The position numbers and the translations under genes are program-made. From Octopus vulgaris (taxonomy: Eukaryota): 64,000 nucleotides of DNA. Every line of letters starts with the position of its first letter. The first letter of the stretch is position 1. The stretch is from contig OX597818.1 of NCBI GenBank assembly GCA_951406725.2, positions 99,944,001-100,008,000 of the forward strand, read 5' to 3'. Positions 11,473 to 27,620 of this stretch are shown piece by piece. The notes beneath the pieces are model-generated. The model made no database searches, was not told where the DNA came from, and saw nothing but the letters and a program-made list of their open reading frames with translations.

Positions 11473-11664
11473 ATACATATATATATATAGAGAGAGAGAC
11501 ACACACACACAACAGGCACCAATCAGTTTTAGTCTACCAAATCCGCTCTCAAGGGTTAGGTCAGTCCGAAGCTATAGCAGAAGACACTTGTCCAAGTTGT
11601 CACGCAGTGGGACTGGACCTCGAATTATGTGGTTTGGGGGAGCAAGCTTCTTACTACACAACCA

Positions 11665-11669
<5 letters not shown>
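11201..11669 (-). mobile_element. SINE family B
   Basis: Reverse-complement match to family B: tttcagtc..gagcaccgcct..cttgtaagcctagtactt, internal CA/TA tract, tctaccaaatcc..gaagacacttg..agcaagcttcttactacaca. Confidence 0.85.
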
Positions 11670-11712
<43 letters not shown>

Positions 11713-11847
11713 TGTGTGTGTGTCTGTATTTATATACACACACACACTCAAATACATGTGTGTATACATATCCTTCCGTCCGTCTGTCCGTCCGTCCATC
11801 CATCTATCTATCCATCTATCTATCTATGTTAATATGTGCATATTTAT

Positions 11848-12047
11848 GGCGGCGATCTCATAAAATCATTAGAACACGGGCAAACCGCTGAGCGGCATTT
11901 CGTCCATCTTTATGTTCTTAGTACAAATTCCACAGAGGTCGACTTTACCTTTTATATTTTCATGATAAATTAAGTACAATTTAAGCAATGCGGTCGACTT
12001 GCCTACTCCACCGAAATTGCTGGCATTGTGCCAAAATCTGAAACCAA
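11848..12047 (+). mobile_element. SINE family C
   Basis: ggcggcga..cattagaacacgggcaaaccgctgagcggcatttcgtc..gaggtcgactttaccttt..gataaattaagtac..gaaattgctggc..tgaaaccaa. Confidence 0.8.
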
Positions 12048-12134
12048 TATATATATACGTATTTGATATATAATAGTTTATATCTATGTGTGTGTTGACG
12101 TGTGTGTATTTGTGTGAGATAGAGAGAAACAGAG

Positions 12135-12174
<40 letters not shown>

Positions 12175-13104
12175 ATGCGTGTCTTCACATCAATAGTAAA
12201 ACCGATATCGATAACTGGTACTAAAACAACAACAAAAAAATCCAACAGTGAAAGATAATAAGAATTACATGTTGTATTTAAGCATACTCTCTGTACAAAC
12301 AATATAAGGACAAAAGCCTTATATAACTAAAGTGATAGCAACGACCTACAAGAAGAACAAATTTAGCAACAGTTACGAGACCAGAAATAAGTCCAACACT
12401 CATGACCAAGGTAGTAATACCAATAAAAAACATCAATAGTTTGATAAATAACAACTACAAGCAAATGATGTGAACGGTTAATAATGAACTGTCAATGTCA
12501 AAATCTCCTCTATTCGTTTTAGTGGGAGTTCCACTTTGAAGAATTAATGTCAAGTGTGCTTCAAAGGATTTCTTTACAATTTGCTTCGAAAGTTTCGCTA
12601 ATACTCTTCAGTTATAGAGGTCAGGATTTTGTTTGCCGTGCATAATATCTACCTTTTGGCATTTATTGATCTATAATTTCGTTGCTATACTTACCACATG
12701 TATGCAATTTGGTAGAGATTGTAGCAAGATTGAATTACTCCAAGGAAAATTTCTAAAAGCCAATAGCTAAGAGCTAAAACATATATCAAGGGGTTAAAAG
12801 CTTGACGAATATGGGGTCTCTTTTATATATTAAAGTACATTGGAATATATTGGACAATATGGAAGTTAACCAACAGTAGCAAGCGTATCGGTGTGGCTAA
12901 GGAGTTCGACCGTTGCCATGTTGCTTTATGTTAGGCCCCATATCGCGGGTTGACCGCACCAGTGTAACTTATTTAGCAGGACTTGCACATAATCTTCTCA
13001 TGTTTCTTTTTTAACTTGTTAACTTTGCCTGCATGTGAGTTTTATATAAAAAAAACCCTAAAGAATTGCACTTTTCAGGAAATAAAACTCTCGGAACATA
13101 TCTT

Positions 13105-13168
13105 TGTATATATATATATATGTATGTGTGTATGTGTGTGTGTGTGCGTGTGTATGTATATATATATG

Positions 13169-13199
<31 letters not shown>

Positions 13200-13500
13200 C
13201 TATATATATATGTATATATATATATCTATATATATATGTATATATATATATGTATATATATATGTATATATATATATATGTATATATATGTGTATATATA
13301 TATATATCTATATAAATATGTGTATATATATCTATATATATATGTATATATATATATATATATATGTGTGTATATATATACATATATATATGTGTATATA
13401 TATACATATATATATATATATGTTTATATATATACATATATATATATATATGTATATATATATACATATATATATATACATATATATATATATGTTTATA
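13105..13500. repeat. compound (TA)n/(TG)n microsatellite
   Basis: About 400 bp of near-pure TA with TG/CA interruptions. Similar tracts lie at 13690-13895, 16465-16625, 18695-19365, 21260-21490, 30925-31015, 33350-33500 and 36690-36960. Confidence 0.95.
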
Positions 13501-13684
13501 TAAACTTAGATAAACTTAGATATGTTTCGACCAAAGATTGGTCCAGGCCATGTCTAACTTAATAGCACCACCTGATAGGATTATTCGAATCCTGTTTAAG
13601 TCAAGTTTTGTTTAAGTCCAGTTTTGTTCAAGTAGTGAGTTCTTGTTGGGTGAGTTGTATCCAATTATGGGTGGCTTATCTGGT

Positions 13685-13799
<115 letters not shown>

Positions 13800-13838
13800 G
13801 TGCATATATATATATATATGTGCATATAGATATATATA

Positions 13839-13897
<59 letters not shown>

Positions 13898-16462
13898 TGC
13901 CTACATTCGCACATATTTATATATTTATATATGTGCGCATGTTTTCATATATGTATGTATACACATAAAAAGATGTACGTGTATACACAAATACACATAA
14001 TCACATCTCTCTCTATCTCTCTCTATCTGTAATATTTTACACTGAGAATCACTTAGCGTGTATAATGCTTACAAGACCGCTACTTTGTAATTGCTTTTAC
14101 ATGTCGCATTAACAGAAATGGAAACGTAGATGCTGTATATTTTGCTGCTTATTTTTACAAACGGACATATTTCTGTTAGGAGCTGCATAGCATTAAAATA
14201 TTTCTAACTGTTTAGATTCTTAGACAGCATCGAAACACAGCCAAAAGTGCTTTTGAAACGAGAAGTTTTCGGACTGTGGATTGCTATCTCGAACGAAATA
14301 GTCAATTGTCATTAATCGATTTTAAACTCATTTGTATTCATACGTTGTCCAAGAGAAAATAACCTGCGAGTTACAGACTGGAATTGTAATTATAAAGAAT
14401 TTCCCCACAAGTAGTAACTTAATGAAAGGAAAAAAAAATAAATTGTCCATCCAGCAATTTCAGTTTTCACTTAACTGCTGGTAAACACTCTGTGGCATAT
14501 ATCGATGAGATGCGCAAGTGTATCAAATGTTTTCTTCCTGGAGTTAATTTACGTAACTAAATTAAAGTTTGGTATTAGGATAGAATTATATCTATTTGTG
14601 GGTTTCAGTCACTAAAAATAAAAAATGTGAAAATGAATATCTCTAAAAAATAATTGAGTATGTATGAGGATATGGGTGTATAGAGATTTACATTTGCATG
14701 TGCCTGGGTATATCTATATGACTTCGAGTACGAGTGTTTCTCAACACCCATCATTGCATGCAATCGTACACACGCTTTCAAAAACATAAGAATATTAATC
14801 AATCAATCAATCAGTCAATCAATCTAATCCATATGTGTATAGTGTATATATTTGTCTGTCTGTCTCCGTCTCTCTGTCTATATATGTATGTATATGTATA
14901 TATATATATGTATGTATAACAGAATACACAAATGGGAGACAACGCAACAGGAAATAACAAGACATCCAGACAAAGGATACAAAAAGGGACAAGAAAAAAC
15001 AAGGACGGGCCATTCAGAGTTTTCTTTCGTCAGTCGAGTTCCAGATTATCTTTACAGTTTCGGCTGGTTATATATATATATATATATAAATATTATATGT
15101 ATGTATGTACGTGTGTGTTGCGTGGGTGTTTATGTATACATCGACTTAATGTTGATGACTTGTTAGAACGTCGATACTGCGGTATTAGTACCAAGAGGTT
15201 TTCTCGCATGTTACATAAAAGCACATCGCAGCAGACACAGTACTGCTTCCGTCTCTAACAATTAGTTTATACTTCCCAACTAGTAAACATGCTATTTCCA
15301 ACATCAATGATTGGAATGACACTGAAATTCTATATATGAGGCCAATAAAATTTGGCTTGTATGCAGTCACCTGTCCCCACTACTGAGGGGGTCCAGTATA
15401 TAGAAATCTCGTGAACTAGTCAATCAGGAACCAATAATAGATGCTAAGGTATAGGTCTGTGCTTTTATACACCAAGTGGGCAAATGAGAGAACATCTCAA
15501 GGATAATACCGCAATATTCGGCATTCTAACGAGATATCCATGTTAAGTTGAATATAAAGGTTTCCTTTGAGCAATAATACTGTTTTGTCCCTAATAATTA
15601 CACACACACACACACACACATCAATATAATGTGTTTCGTAAATTTTTTTTATGTTCAATACTTTACTTCGCCATTTCATGAAGTTTGTGTCCGTAACGAA
15701 AATTTAAAATAGTTCTTAGTTGTCTGATTTTCACTTATAACTACTAAAAAGACTATACTGCGAATATATAGCTCTGTGGATACCGTTACTGCAATAGAAA
15801 TAATAATGGCATTACGCTGTGTATTATATGATACCTTCATAGGAAGCCCGAGAATTTCAGAAAGCACTTTTGGATATCTGTACGTTGAAGAGTTGGTAGA
15901 AGTCTGAGAAATTTATTTGTACATGGAAATAGGAAACCAAGAAAAAGCATTTCAAGCATACATGGATACTTAGAAATGCACTGCATAAACATTGAAGTAT
16001 GCATAGAAAAAAAACTATATAGATAAAAAAAAAACCTCCTAATACATATCAGTATATCAGACTGTGTTACACACAACATACAACTCAGAAACATAGGTAT
16101 TATTAAATAAGAATCAAGATTAACATTGCAATAGGGAAATAAATCCTGGCAGCTTCGAAAAAGTGCTAGCGGCAAACAGGTTTACAGTACTTTTTAATGG
16201 GTGAAACGTTAATTAAATTTGGAAAACTTGTCACTCACGCCTTCTAGATATTGACACAAGCATGCGTACAAAACTTGCAAATACACATACACACACACAC
16301 TCACAGTTATTTATATATCTATTTATATGGAAGGACAGCTTTCATCTGTACAACAATACAGCAAAAACCTTACCATTACTTGCTTACATACACACAGACG
16401 TGTGTGTGTAAATATATTTAAATTTATACACATGCATTTATCTTTGTATATGTACACATATG

Positions 16463-16623
<161 letters not shown>

Positions 16624-17636
16624 CTAACACATACATGTACTTATGCACTTGTATATTCTCTTATATTAGAATTTGTGAATAATAACTTCAGTCCACGCTT
16701 AAAACTGTTTCTGAACGTGTGTGAGAACAGAGAGATATATATGGAATCAAGGTCTCTACTGAATTTATCGAATGTATAGGTCTAGACATCTCGTCTTACA
16801 TAAAGTATTGGCTAAAATTTACAGATACGTAACTTTACACATTATAAGCCACAAAACACTGTTCAGTCACCAGCGGGTCATTTGAAAAAGAAAACGGCTG
16901 GAAGTCAAATCCGTTATAGTTTTCAGATATATGTGTTATCACTGATGTACACAATTATGTACACACGTGTGTGTGTGTGTGTGTGTGTCTGATGTGACTC
17001 TGCAGAGATAGGCACAACGTTGTGAACAATAAATAAGTGACACCGTGCAAATTCATTTGCAATTTGCTCAACGTAGGCCATACTTGAGCAAAAGGATCTG
17101 CTTCGCTGAATGGAAAATAATTCCAAAATGCTTATCCGATCCGGGGGAATTCCTTAATATAAAAAGCGAAATATTTAATAGCTGCTCTCGTTATGGAAAA
17201 TTCCCTTTCAAAATATGTTCACACGTTTTTCAGACTAGAGAATGAAAACGCACGCAGATACAAATGCAAACTTTTAGAAGCTTATGATGGCGTTCGATGG
17301 GAGACAATTCTTTGTTACCTCAGTAAATTGTAAACATTTCTCCAACTTTTTCGTTTCTTTACGCTTATTGCGCCAAATGAGCGAAACTTATGTATCTTCA
17401 ACTCCAGCGTAGAAGCAGCAATGCGCTACCACCTACCGTATCTGAAGAGCCGTCAGTCACGTCAAATGCAATTCTACGTGGGTTAACATCAATCATTTTG
17501 GGACCAGTTATATGCAGAATCTAGATTATTCTGCCTAACAACATAAAATTATAGTTGCTCAGTTTTTCCTTTGGTGTTTTCTTTCTTGTGATCGAAAGAA
17601 AATAAATCGACAATGTATGCATGCGTATAATATACC

Positions 17637-17772
<136 letters not shown>

Positions 17773-17798
17773 ACTGTCTGTCTGTCTGTCTCTCTTTC

Positions 17799-17849
<51 letters not shown>

Positions 17850-17854
17850 TGTCG

Positions 17855-18177
17855 TGGCACTCTGTCGGTTGTGACGACGAGGGTTGAGCACTCCACAGAC
17901 AAGTGTACCATTGCCGTAGTTCTCGGGGAGATTCAGCGTGACACAGTGTATGACAAGACTGGCTCTTTCAAATACAAGTACAACAGATGCAGGAAGAAAG
18001 AGCTAGAGAAAGTTGTGATGAAAGAGTACAACCGGGTTCGCCAGCACCCTCTGCCTGAGCCTCGTGGAGCATTCGGTATTATCTCTCAATAAATACTCAC
18101 AACGCCCGGTCTGGGAATCGAAACTGCGATCCCACGACCGCGAGTCCACTACCTTAACGACTGGACCATTGCACCTC
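17855..18177 (-). mobile_element. SINE family A
   Basis: ctcacaacgcccggtctgggaatcgaaactgcgatcccacgaccgcgagtcc..ccattgcacctc; its tail is shared with 55083-55451. Confidence 0.9.
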
Positions 18178-18693
18178 TATACATACAGCCGTACTATCAT
18201 ACACACACTCACACACATATATAATTATATATAACACATACAAATAGTTACATCATTAGTTGCATTCAAGAAATACATACAAGAAAAAACGATGTATCCT
18301 TTTCTTTCCTACGGCTTTATTTTAACTTAAGTATACATATTTAGCTATCTGTGACGTGAAAGCGGTTGTATATTAGACATATATCTTTACGCCTTCATAG
18401 ATGCACACTTATATACATACATGCACATGCATGTACGTATACTAAAAAGTCAGTATTGGAGATGTATGAAGACATAAAACGATGCAGATTTGCTGGCAGT
18501 GAGTAGACATGCAAACACGCAGCTGCCCATATAAACATTCGTATAGAAAACAAGGATATGTCTATGTACGCATATATATAATGAAGACGATATAAATAAC
18601 ATAATTACATACACACATATACACCCATGTATACTTGGTAGTTAGTTCCATACGCATATAGATGAGCTCGTCCACCAATCACGAATCTTTGTA

Positions 18694-18732
<39 letters not shown>

Positions 18733-19273
18733 GTGTATATATATATGTGTGTGTGTGTGTGTCATATATATACATATATACATATATATATAATTATATA
18801 CATATATATATACATATATATATATAAATATATACATATATATATATATATACACATATATATATATATATACATAAATATGATATACATACACACTTAT
18901 GCATATACATACATACTTATGTATATATATATATATATCTGTGTGTGTGTGTGTGTGTGTGTGTGTTGTGTGTGTATAGAGTTGATTGCAATGAAAGCAT
19001 CTTGTTTCAATACAGAAAACATTGATGCAAAATTTTGAAAAATACTTGCAAATGATTATGTACACATACATATATACATACTTACATACATACATACATA
19101 CATGCATGCATGCATGCATGCATACATACATACATACATACATACATACATACATAGATATATATGTACGTACATTTATGCATGCATACATACATATATA
19201 CGCACATTCATAGACGCATACATACTTACACAGACATATTCCTTCATGTAAATGCTCACAAATACACACACAC

Positions 19274-19362
<89 letters not shown>

Positions 19363-19753
19363 AGTATTAATGTGTGTATATACGTAGACACCCTTGTGTT
19401 CTGATACATCGCTTTATATGTGGATTTACATCGTGACATACACTCTATTTACTGCGCAGATTGTAACACAAATGTCATACCTGTAAATCATTTTCACCCG
19501 AGGCCTCATAATCATGTTAACACGAATAACAAAGTATATCCATTCGATATGTGTTTACTTCTTCGAACTTTTCCCATACACACAAGCTCAATTGTTCGCC
19601 ACAACATACATTTTCTTGAAAGAGAAGATTGAAAATCGACTTAAAGAAGCAAAAACTAAATACGTAAATAAATAAATTAATATATGTGTACATGTATATG
19701 TTTATATGCAGTATAACATATCTATGTATGTGTGTATATCTGTATAAATATGT

Positions 19754-19787
<34 letters not shown>

Positions 19788-19845
19788 ATATATATATGTA
19801 TATATATATATATATATATATGTATGAATGTATGTTACTACACAC

Positions 19846-19917
19846 CTCCATTTCCCTAGCACTTTCAATTATACATATGGTATATATATATATATATATA
19901 TACAAATATGTGTGTGC

Positions 19918-20003
<86 letters not shown>

Positions 20004-20041
20004 ATACCATGTTTATAATTGAAAGCGCTAGGGAAATGGAG
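19846..20041. repeat. ~39 bp inverted repeat flanking a (TA)n/(TG)n tract
   Basis: ctccatttccctagcactttcaattatacatatggtata (19846-19884) pairs with tataccatgtttataattgaaagcgctagggaaatggag (20003-20041). Confidence 0.85.
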
Positions 20042-20269
20042 TTGAATGATATAGTGCAGGATTAATTAAAAACAAATACGAAAGACAAAACGGAAAAAGT
20101 AAGTAAAAGTTAAGGAAGACTCGAGTATCAGCTTGTTTGCAATCAGCCAACGAACACATACGATTTTCAGATACAGAACATCGTTTTACTTCGAATACAT
20201 CGTTGCCATTACCACCATGGACGCTGCCACCACTGCCACGAATATCATTACAATCTTCATCCAATTATC

Positions 20270-20333
20270 TTCATCATCATCGTCATCATCATCATCCTCA
20301 TCAACATCATCATCATTATTTTCATAGAATTAA

Positions 20334-20371
<38 letters not shown>

Positions 20372-20495
20372 ACATGAATGCCATTACCAATACCAAAAAA
20401 ACCCCACCTCCACTCTAACCGCATCCTCCTCCTAGTCATCGTCGTTTTCACCGCCAAAATCATACTTTATCAAATCACCATCACTACCGCCGTCG

Positions 20496-20556
<61 letters not shown>

Positions 20557-20570
20557 TATCATTATCATCT
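20270..20570. repeat. (CAT)n microsatellite region
   Basis: Tandem cat/atc units. Similar trinucleotide tracts lie at 3070-3195, 47685-47782, 57400-57475, 57640-57900 and 60808-61080. Confidence 0.9.
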
Positions 20571-21258
20571 GCACCATTATCAATGTCTACATCACCGTGA
20601 CCGTCAATATTATTTAATGCGAGAAAAAGTCGCTACTAAATCACATCATCACACAAAAACCGAAAACAGATAGAAATGATATTCGGTATAATTCTTGCCT
20701 TATAATGTTATCAAGAGTCATTCCAATCATCTCCGGACACTACGTCTCTCAACGTATCCACTGAAATTCAGACTCTGTGTGACAAAGGTTAAAATTGATC
20801 TCGGTGATGTGGGAGCTCATAATGTAAAGATTCAGAAGAATACCACAAGGCCAACTTTTATCGGTGCTATACCGATTCTGCCGACTAGTAAACGTAAGAC
20901 AGTCGAAAATTAAATCGTAACTATAAGTATTTCTAACGGTGTCTCGTTTAGTCTGGGCATTTACGAGGAGACTAGTGTCACTTATATGAGCTCCGGTTAT
21001 TGACAGGACCTTATGCAGAACGAGATCGAATTTCTCTACAGTGGCAGTTGAACGCAAACCAGAAGGACGTAGCGAAACACACGAAGGGCGAACCGAGAAA
21101 AGATATTATAGTTTTGATGTGGTTTCTGTTCGAAACGTATTGCATACAAGGACACACACTCACATAGACAACTAAATAGACAGATAGATACACACACAAA
21201 CATAGTTGCATGCATACATGGATACACACACACATATATAACTGAAAAGAGACCGTTG

Positions 21259-21412
<154 letters not shown>

Positions 21413-21425
21413 CATACACATATAT

Positions 21426-21467
<42 letters not shown>

Positions 21468-23533
21468 GTGTGTGTGTGTGTGTGTGTGTAAAATTTATAA
21501 TTGTTAAAATATGTTTGTGACAGGTTTTCAGCTTCTGAAATGCAAACCAGGCTCTTTTCAGTTTCAGTCTACGAGCCACCAGATCTAATCGCAAGATTTT
21601 GGCAGGCATGCCATTTACATAAGTTGCCACACAGTGAGACTGAAACTTGAACCATATGACCGATTAGTAAACTGTGTACCACACAGTTCGTGGCTGTGTG
21701 CCTGCGTTTGAATATGTGTATGTTAAATCCCTGAAGATAACCATTGCTTTTGAGAAGCACAAAAGAATGTATTTCTAACGCATTCATTGTGTAGTTTATT
21801 TATCAATGCTTTACATATATTGACTCCTAAACTATACATCGTTTCAGTTCACCGTTATAAACGTTATAAGCGTGTAGCATAGAGTCGAGATAGCTGCCGT
21901 TCAAGTGCTGACGACCCTGTAACGTCTGATCGCTGACGCCACAAAGCATTTTTTTATATGTTGTCACTAGTTGGTATCACTGACAACTTCATCATTGGAT
22001 GTGCTATAATCTTCTTCCTTTGGCAATAACTTGTACTTTTAACCGGAGTATTCTTCCACAAACAAATCTTTTGGCATTGCTGAATGATCTTCAAATAGAT
22101 ACGCCGCGTAACTCATATTAAAGTAGATAGAATATCGTGAAATTCCTGAATGTAACAATTTCATTCGAGTCAAAATAATTTAAGATTAGCGACAAGCTTC
22201 TAGGCTAATGGATATTATTCCAAAGAAGTTGTTATCTGTTAATCTTATAAAACTTTTTGAATAAATTTAAGTATATATTACTTGTACATGTTAACTCTAA
22301 ACATTACATTTTTCTGTAGTATCACGTACTATTCAAACTACTATTTACCATCATACAAATTAACCCCATTAGCTAAATCATATTTGTATTCTTTTCTTTG
22401 TGCCTGAGGGAGTTTTGTAGCTGGACAAACACATTCTCTTATTATATGTGCAAATTATAATGACTTTCGCGAAATAAATTACAGTACTGCACAAACAATG
22501 GTATCTCCGGTTGTAACTAGATTAGAATTACGAAGAATACTATTTCCTAACAATGAACATCTTTCTTATACAATTAAGTTTATAAACAAAATGAGAAAAT
22601 TTAATAATGATAAACATATTCTGCGCATCGCTTATTTCCTTGCATAAAAGTCAGCTGCATTACCAAAATTGACAGTTCACAAGGTCTACATAAATGAGGT
22701 GAAAGTGTCAGGACTAAATCATTTTGCGTATATCAGTTTAACTGTAACATACTGTCTCTCGCCCGGGTCTAACAATATGTGAATATATGCATATGTACAC
22801 ACACACACAAACAAGTTTGTGTGTGTATATATCTATATCTATATATACATAATGCATACATATATATATATAAACGTAAATATACGTGCATAAATATATA
22901 TATATTTATATATACATATATATTTATCTGTATGTATTTATATATAAGACCAACATGTAGCTTATATCTATAAGTGCTACTATATGTAAGATTCTGCGCA
23001 TGCAACTATGTTCGTATATGTTCAACACGGATACACATTTACACACGCATACACATAATATATGTGTGTGTAACGAGAAGTGCATATTTTCCCCGCTCTT
23101 CACATATATCTATATATTTGCATATACGTATATATTATGGCGTCGTTCTGACTTTGCAAATACAATTTACATTATATTCCTATGATATGTACGAATATCG
23201 AACAATCAAATACGAAGAGTTAAATGAAATCAAATAGCAAGATTGTAATAAATATAAAATAAAATGAAGAGTAAATAAAAATCATACTATATCTAACAAA
23301 AACAAGGACAAAAAAATCAACGATTTAAAAGATTAAAACGTTATACGGTATCTCTTTCGTTCTTGCATACCACTCATAGATTTTAGAGATAGGAATTTTC
23401 CTTTCCTTTTGATGTTTATCGGTGCTTTTAATGGTTTTTCATTGAAATACCAAATGAAAGAAGACAGGCACAAATGTAAAAAACAAAGAAAATTTTGCAT
23501 CACCTATAATAGATTTACGGTTAATTTTAATTC

Positions 23534-23577
<44 letters not shown>

Positions 23578-24282
23578 CATATATACATACAAATATATAT
23601 ATATATACATACATACATATGTAAATATATGTATACACACGCACACATAATTTTCCATTGTGCTAATGCTTGGCTTATATGAATAGTAAACATGTATTTG
23701 TTCATCCATTTTGAAGTATGTATATATATATATATATATTAATATTTTATAGTATAATGCGCATATATTCCTATGTGTAAACGGTATCATAATAGAGAAT
23801 TATAGTTATTGAATTTTCATACATGCAATTTAAAATCAAATAGGAATAGATTTACATATTCCCAACTATATACACAGGTATCTATTTTCTACATACCTTA
23901 CTATTTCGCATGTGTGTATTTCTCTCTGTTTAGAAACACAGACACTATGACACTCAAGCACACGCACGCACCCACACACACATGTATATGGAAGTGAAAC
24001 TGCGAGAAGCCTATTGTTCTAAGGCAGTGTAAAGATAATTTTGGCCATACAAACTTATATACTAACACTCAAACACACTCACAGACACTTTTGAATTTCT
24101 AGTCGTTTTAATTATAGACTGTCATGGTGGAGTACGGCCTTGGGGGATTCGAGTCTAATGCTTAATTTCGATCTCGTATGTCATTCAAGTGATGTGTTGG
24201 TGGAAACGCGATGCTACATTGTGTAAAGGAATACAACAAAAGTGACACTGCGCTTGAGACCGTAAATAACGCCTATATATAA

Positions 24283-24439
24283 CATGGTTTCTGGTTCAGT
24301 CCCATTGCGTAGCAACTTGGGCATGTGTCTTCTACTATATCCTTCAGCCAACCAAAGCCTTGTGAGAGGATTTGGTAGACGGAAGCTAAAGCCGGTGCTG
24401 AAACATGGTCGAAGTCAAATGACTGAAGCGAGTAAAAGA
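24283..24439 (+). mobile_element. SINE family B, internally deleted fragment
   Basis: catggtttctggttcagtcccattgcgtagcaacttgggc..accaaagccttgtgagaggatttggtagacggaa joined to the tail gtcaaatgactgaagcgagtaaaaga. Confidence 0.75.
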
Positions 24440-25023
24440 ATATATATACAACTAATAAAAAGGGTGGCTTATTAGCAATTAGAACCTTAAGGCAAAATTA
24501 ATTTTGTGACCTCAATTAACTGTGTCTATATATATATATATATATCCAAAATAATCAACAAGGATATCCAGAGGTAATACAGTACGATCGTTTCATGCGA
24601 CTCCATTTAATTGAACGATGCAAATATTACGTTAATTTAAAATGTAAACCAATCTTTAACTGCATAATAATATAGTGTTTAGTTAAATTCGAAGGACTCA
24701 TTTGTATATTTTTCTTTTTATCCAAAATCACCAAGAGGATAAGGACATAGACAAAGACCATGTTTTACCAACAACATCACAGTTGTAACTGAGATCTTTT
24801 CAAAAAAAGACACTTCTTATCACTGATAATTTCTGTTATTTAGATTTACCAATGCGGGTAGGGTTTCACTTTTAATTTATAAGCTATTTTATCAAATCTT
24901 TTAAAATCTTTTAAAATAAGGTGATTATAATCGCTTTATTTTAAATTATATGGATAATACCATACTAAATTCTTGTGCCTTCAACTTAAGTTCCATTTTC
25001 ATCTGAATCTAAATGTTAATGAA

Positions 25024-25066
<43 letters not shown>

Positions 25067-25135
25067 GTTCATTGATATATAGATATATACATCTAAATAG
25101 TTAAATTTCTCCTGCTTGTGTATCTGCTGCATATG

Positions 25136-25216
<81 letters not shown>

Positions 25217-25550
25217 TGTATGTGTTTGTGTGCATATGCAAGCATTTGTTGATATTCACAAAGACATTTTGGACAATGAAACCGATGTTTAATGACAGTT
25301 CATAGGCCGAAACAACGCAATCAATGATAAATTTCACTTTGTCACAATAGTAAGTATAGTGTGTTACAAAGTAGTAGTGAAAGATGTTTCGATACACACC
25401 CTTTTAAAGGTTAATACCTACATAGATATATGTATATTACGTAGGTGGGTGTGTAGATATCTACCAACATATGCACACATATATATGTATGTAATATTGT
25501 ACATATATATGCATATGTGTATGTGTGTGTGTGCATGTACGTGTATGTGT

Positions 25551-25589
<39 letters not shown>

Positions 25590-25641
25590 CAGATTTGCAT
25601 TTTTATGTCCGCAAGGGAAAGAATGAGGAAACGAAAGTTTG

Positions 25642-25693
<52 letters not shown>

Positions 25694-25737
25694 TTAGAGT
25701 GTCGGTGAGGGAGAAAGAGTCAGAAACACGATGACAT

Positions 25738-25801
<64 letters not shown>

Positions 25802-26375
25802 GTTCGAAATGAATTTAGTTTTATATATATATATAGTGAAATCAATGCAGCAATGCTGTTGTAGATAAGGAAATAAATAATAAATAGGTAGCTGGATAAT
25901 TCTGAAGTAAATTGAAATCATAAAATTAAATAAATATCTCTGTGAAAACATCAACTGTGAGTTAGCGAAATAATGAATAATAAAGAAAGTTAAACATATA
26001 AAGAGTAATACTATGAAAGACCTGGAAGCTCGCGTAAGTGTGAAGCAAAATTGAATTTCTGAAGTATGTAAAGGCGAGAAAGTTATTAGATACTAAAGCG
26101 GAGGCAACGTGTGATAAAGAATATAAATGTTTTCTCTTATATATTCGGTGCACCATAGTCCACACTATGCAGAAATTACGCATGCAAACGCACCTACATT
26201 TTTGTATAAATACACATGCGTTTATCCTTCTTTTTTTATTTCCTTAATTTATTGCGTTCGTGGATCTCCCACAGAAGCACACTTAATGTGTGTGGACATG
26301 TACATATCTATCTATCTATCTATCTATAAATAAATAAATAAATAAATAAATATATATATATATATATATATATCA

Positions 26376-26420
<45 letters not shown>

Positions 26421-26582
26421 TATGTCTTCGTGTTTATGTGTGCGTTTCTACAGGCACCAAAGACCATTCAAGAGCCATAGACTGATACCGGATTCAGTGG
26501 GGGTACGTAAAACCCTCTGAACGGTCTGTCATAGGATTCTTCACTTATTCCGAGCAGCAGAGTGAACTGGAGCAATGCAGAG

Positions 26583-26623
<41 letters not shown>

Positions 26624-26802
26624 CAGGTAAGTACTACTTTCGTATCTTCGCAAATTTTCGCTTGTATACGTAAATTTCCAGCAAATTACGAAGAATCAAC
26701 ATTAGAAATCTTTTTTTGAATACCTCCAATTAAAGGACGCATCCACATTCAATCATTATACACACATACACAAACACACGCACACACGCGCACGTACATA
26801 CA

Positions 26803-27620
26803 TAAATGGAGTTAAACGCAGGTGTTATTCAAATCTTTATACTTCCGACATCTATTTCGTAGAAAACACTGGTATTATTCCAGAAGGAATTAATTGATGC
26901 AAAACAATGCAATCTTCTCATCTGAGAAATAAAGAGAAACAACGTATCAATAACACATTTTAAAAGAATGCGATTACTGCATATACGATGAAGGAGACGC
27001 TGGTAAGTTATTAAAAAAAGTGTTAATAGATATAGCATCAAAGGCAATTTACAGAAAGAGAATAAAGGGGAAGAAAGGAATTAGGAGAAGACTAACAGTG
27101 AAGAAATATATTGCGTTAGGTGAATAAGAATAAAGATAGATATATTTAGTGGAAATGTAATGTAAGAAGACAGTTAAATGCTGAATTTTATAGACTAGTA
27201 GAAATTATTTATAAGAACTCAAGGTATGTTTTTGCCTATGTTTGAAACTATAAATGCGTTCTTTACGTGTTTACAAGAGGATTTTCTGAGACAGGAAGAA
27301 ATACAGTTCATAGTTAAAGAGCGAATAAAAATATTTACCTTTATCATAAGGTAAGGAACTAGATAGAATACTCCATTGCAAATCAAGATTTTATTATATT
27401 CCTTTAGAGACCAAATCAATTTAGTAAGCCCAGTATTATTGTCTAAATGTAGAGTAATGGTTGTATATACGGTTATCAATTTGTGTTGCAAGATTCCTGA
27501 TGAAAAATCGTTTGTTGAAACCGACATTGTTTTATTTCGGGATGGTAATTTTTTAGCCAAATAAACACACGCATTATATCTATGTCCATTGTCCGGAAAT
27601 CTTTCGTCACATATATGTGA
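26803..27620 (-). mobile_element. degenerate Naiad-type Penelope 3' end (GIY-YIG remnant plus pLTR)
   Basis: The - strand translation NNTGLTKLIWSLKEYN parallels NSTSLSKRIWELKDK of the 9-kb element and is frameshifted. A decayed hammerhead lies at 26843-26928, and the terminus is shared with 33664-33709. Confidence 0.65.
26843..26928 (-). ncRNA. decayed hammerhead ribozyme
   Basis: The - strand reads UUCU CAGAUGA GAAG...CUAC GAAAU AGAU GUC GGAA. The core has a U4>A substitution; stem I is retained. Confidence 0.45.

Noticed and set aside
12583-12615. CUGAAGA G..C GAAAC motif on the - strand
   Set aside because: Stems I and III do not pair; likely chance.
14990-15070. GAAAC..GUA..CUGACGA permuted hammerhead-like order on the - strand
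   Set aside because: There is no stem I or II complementarity.
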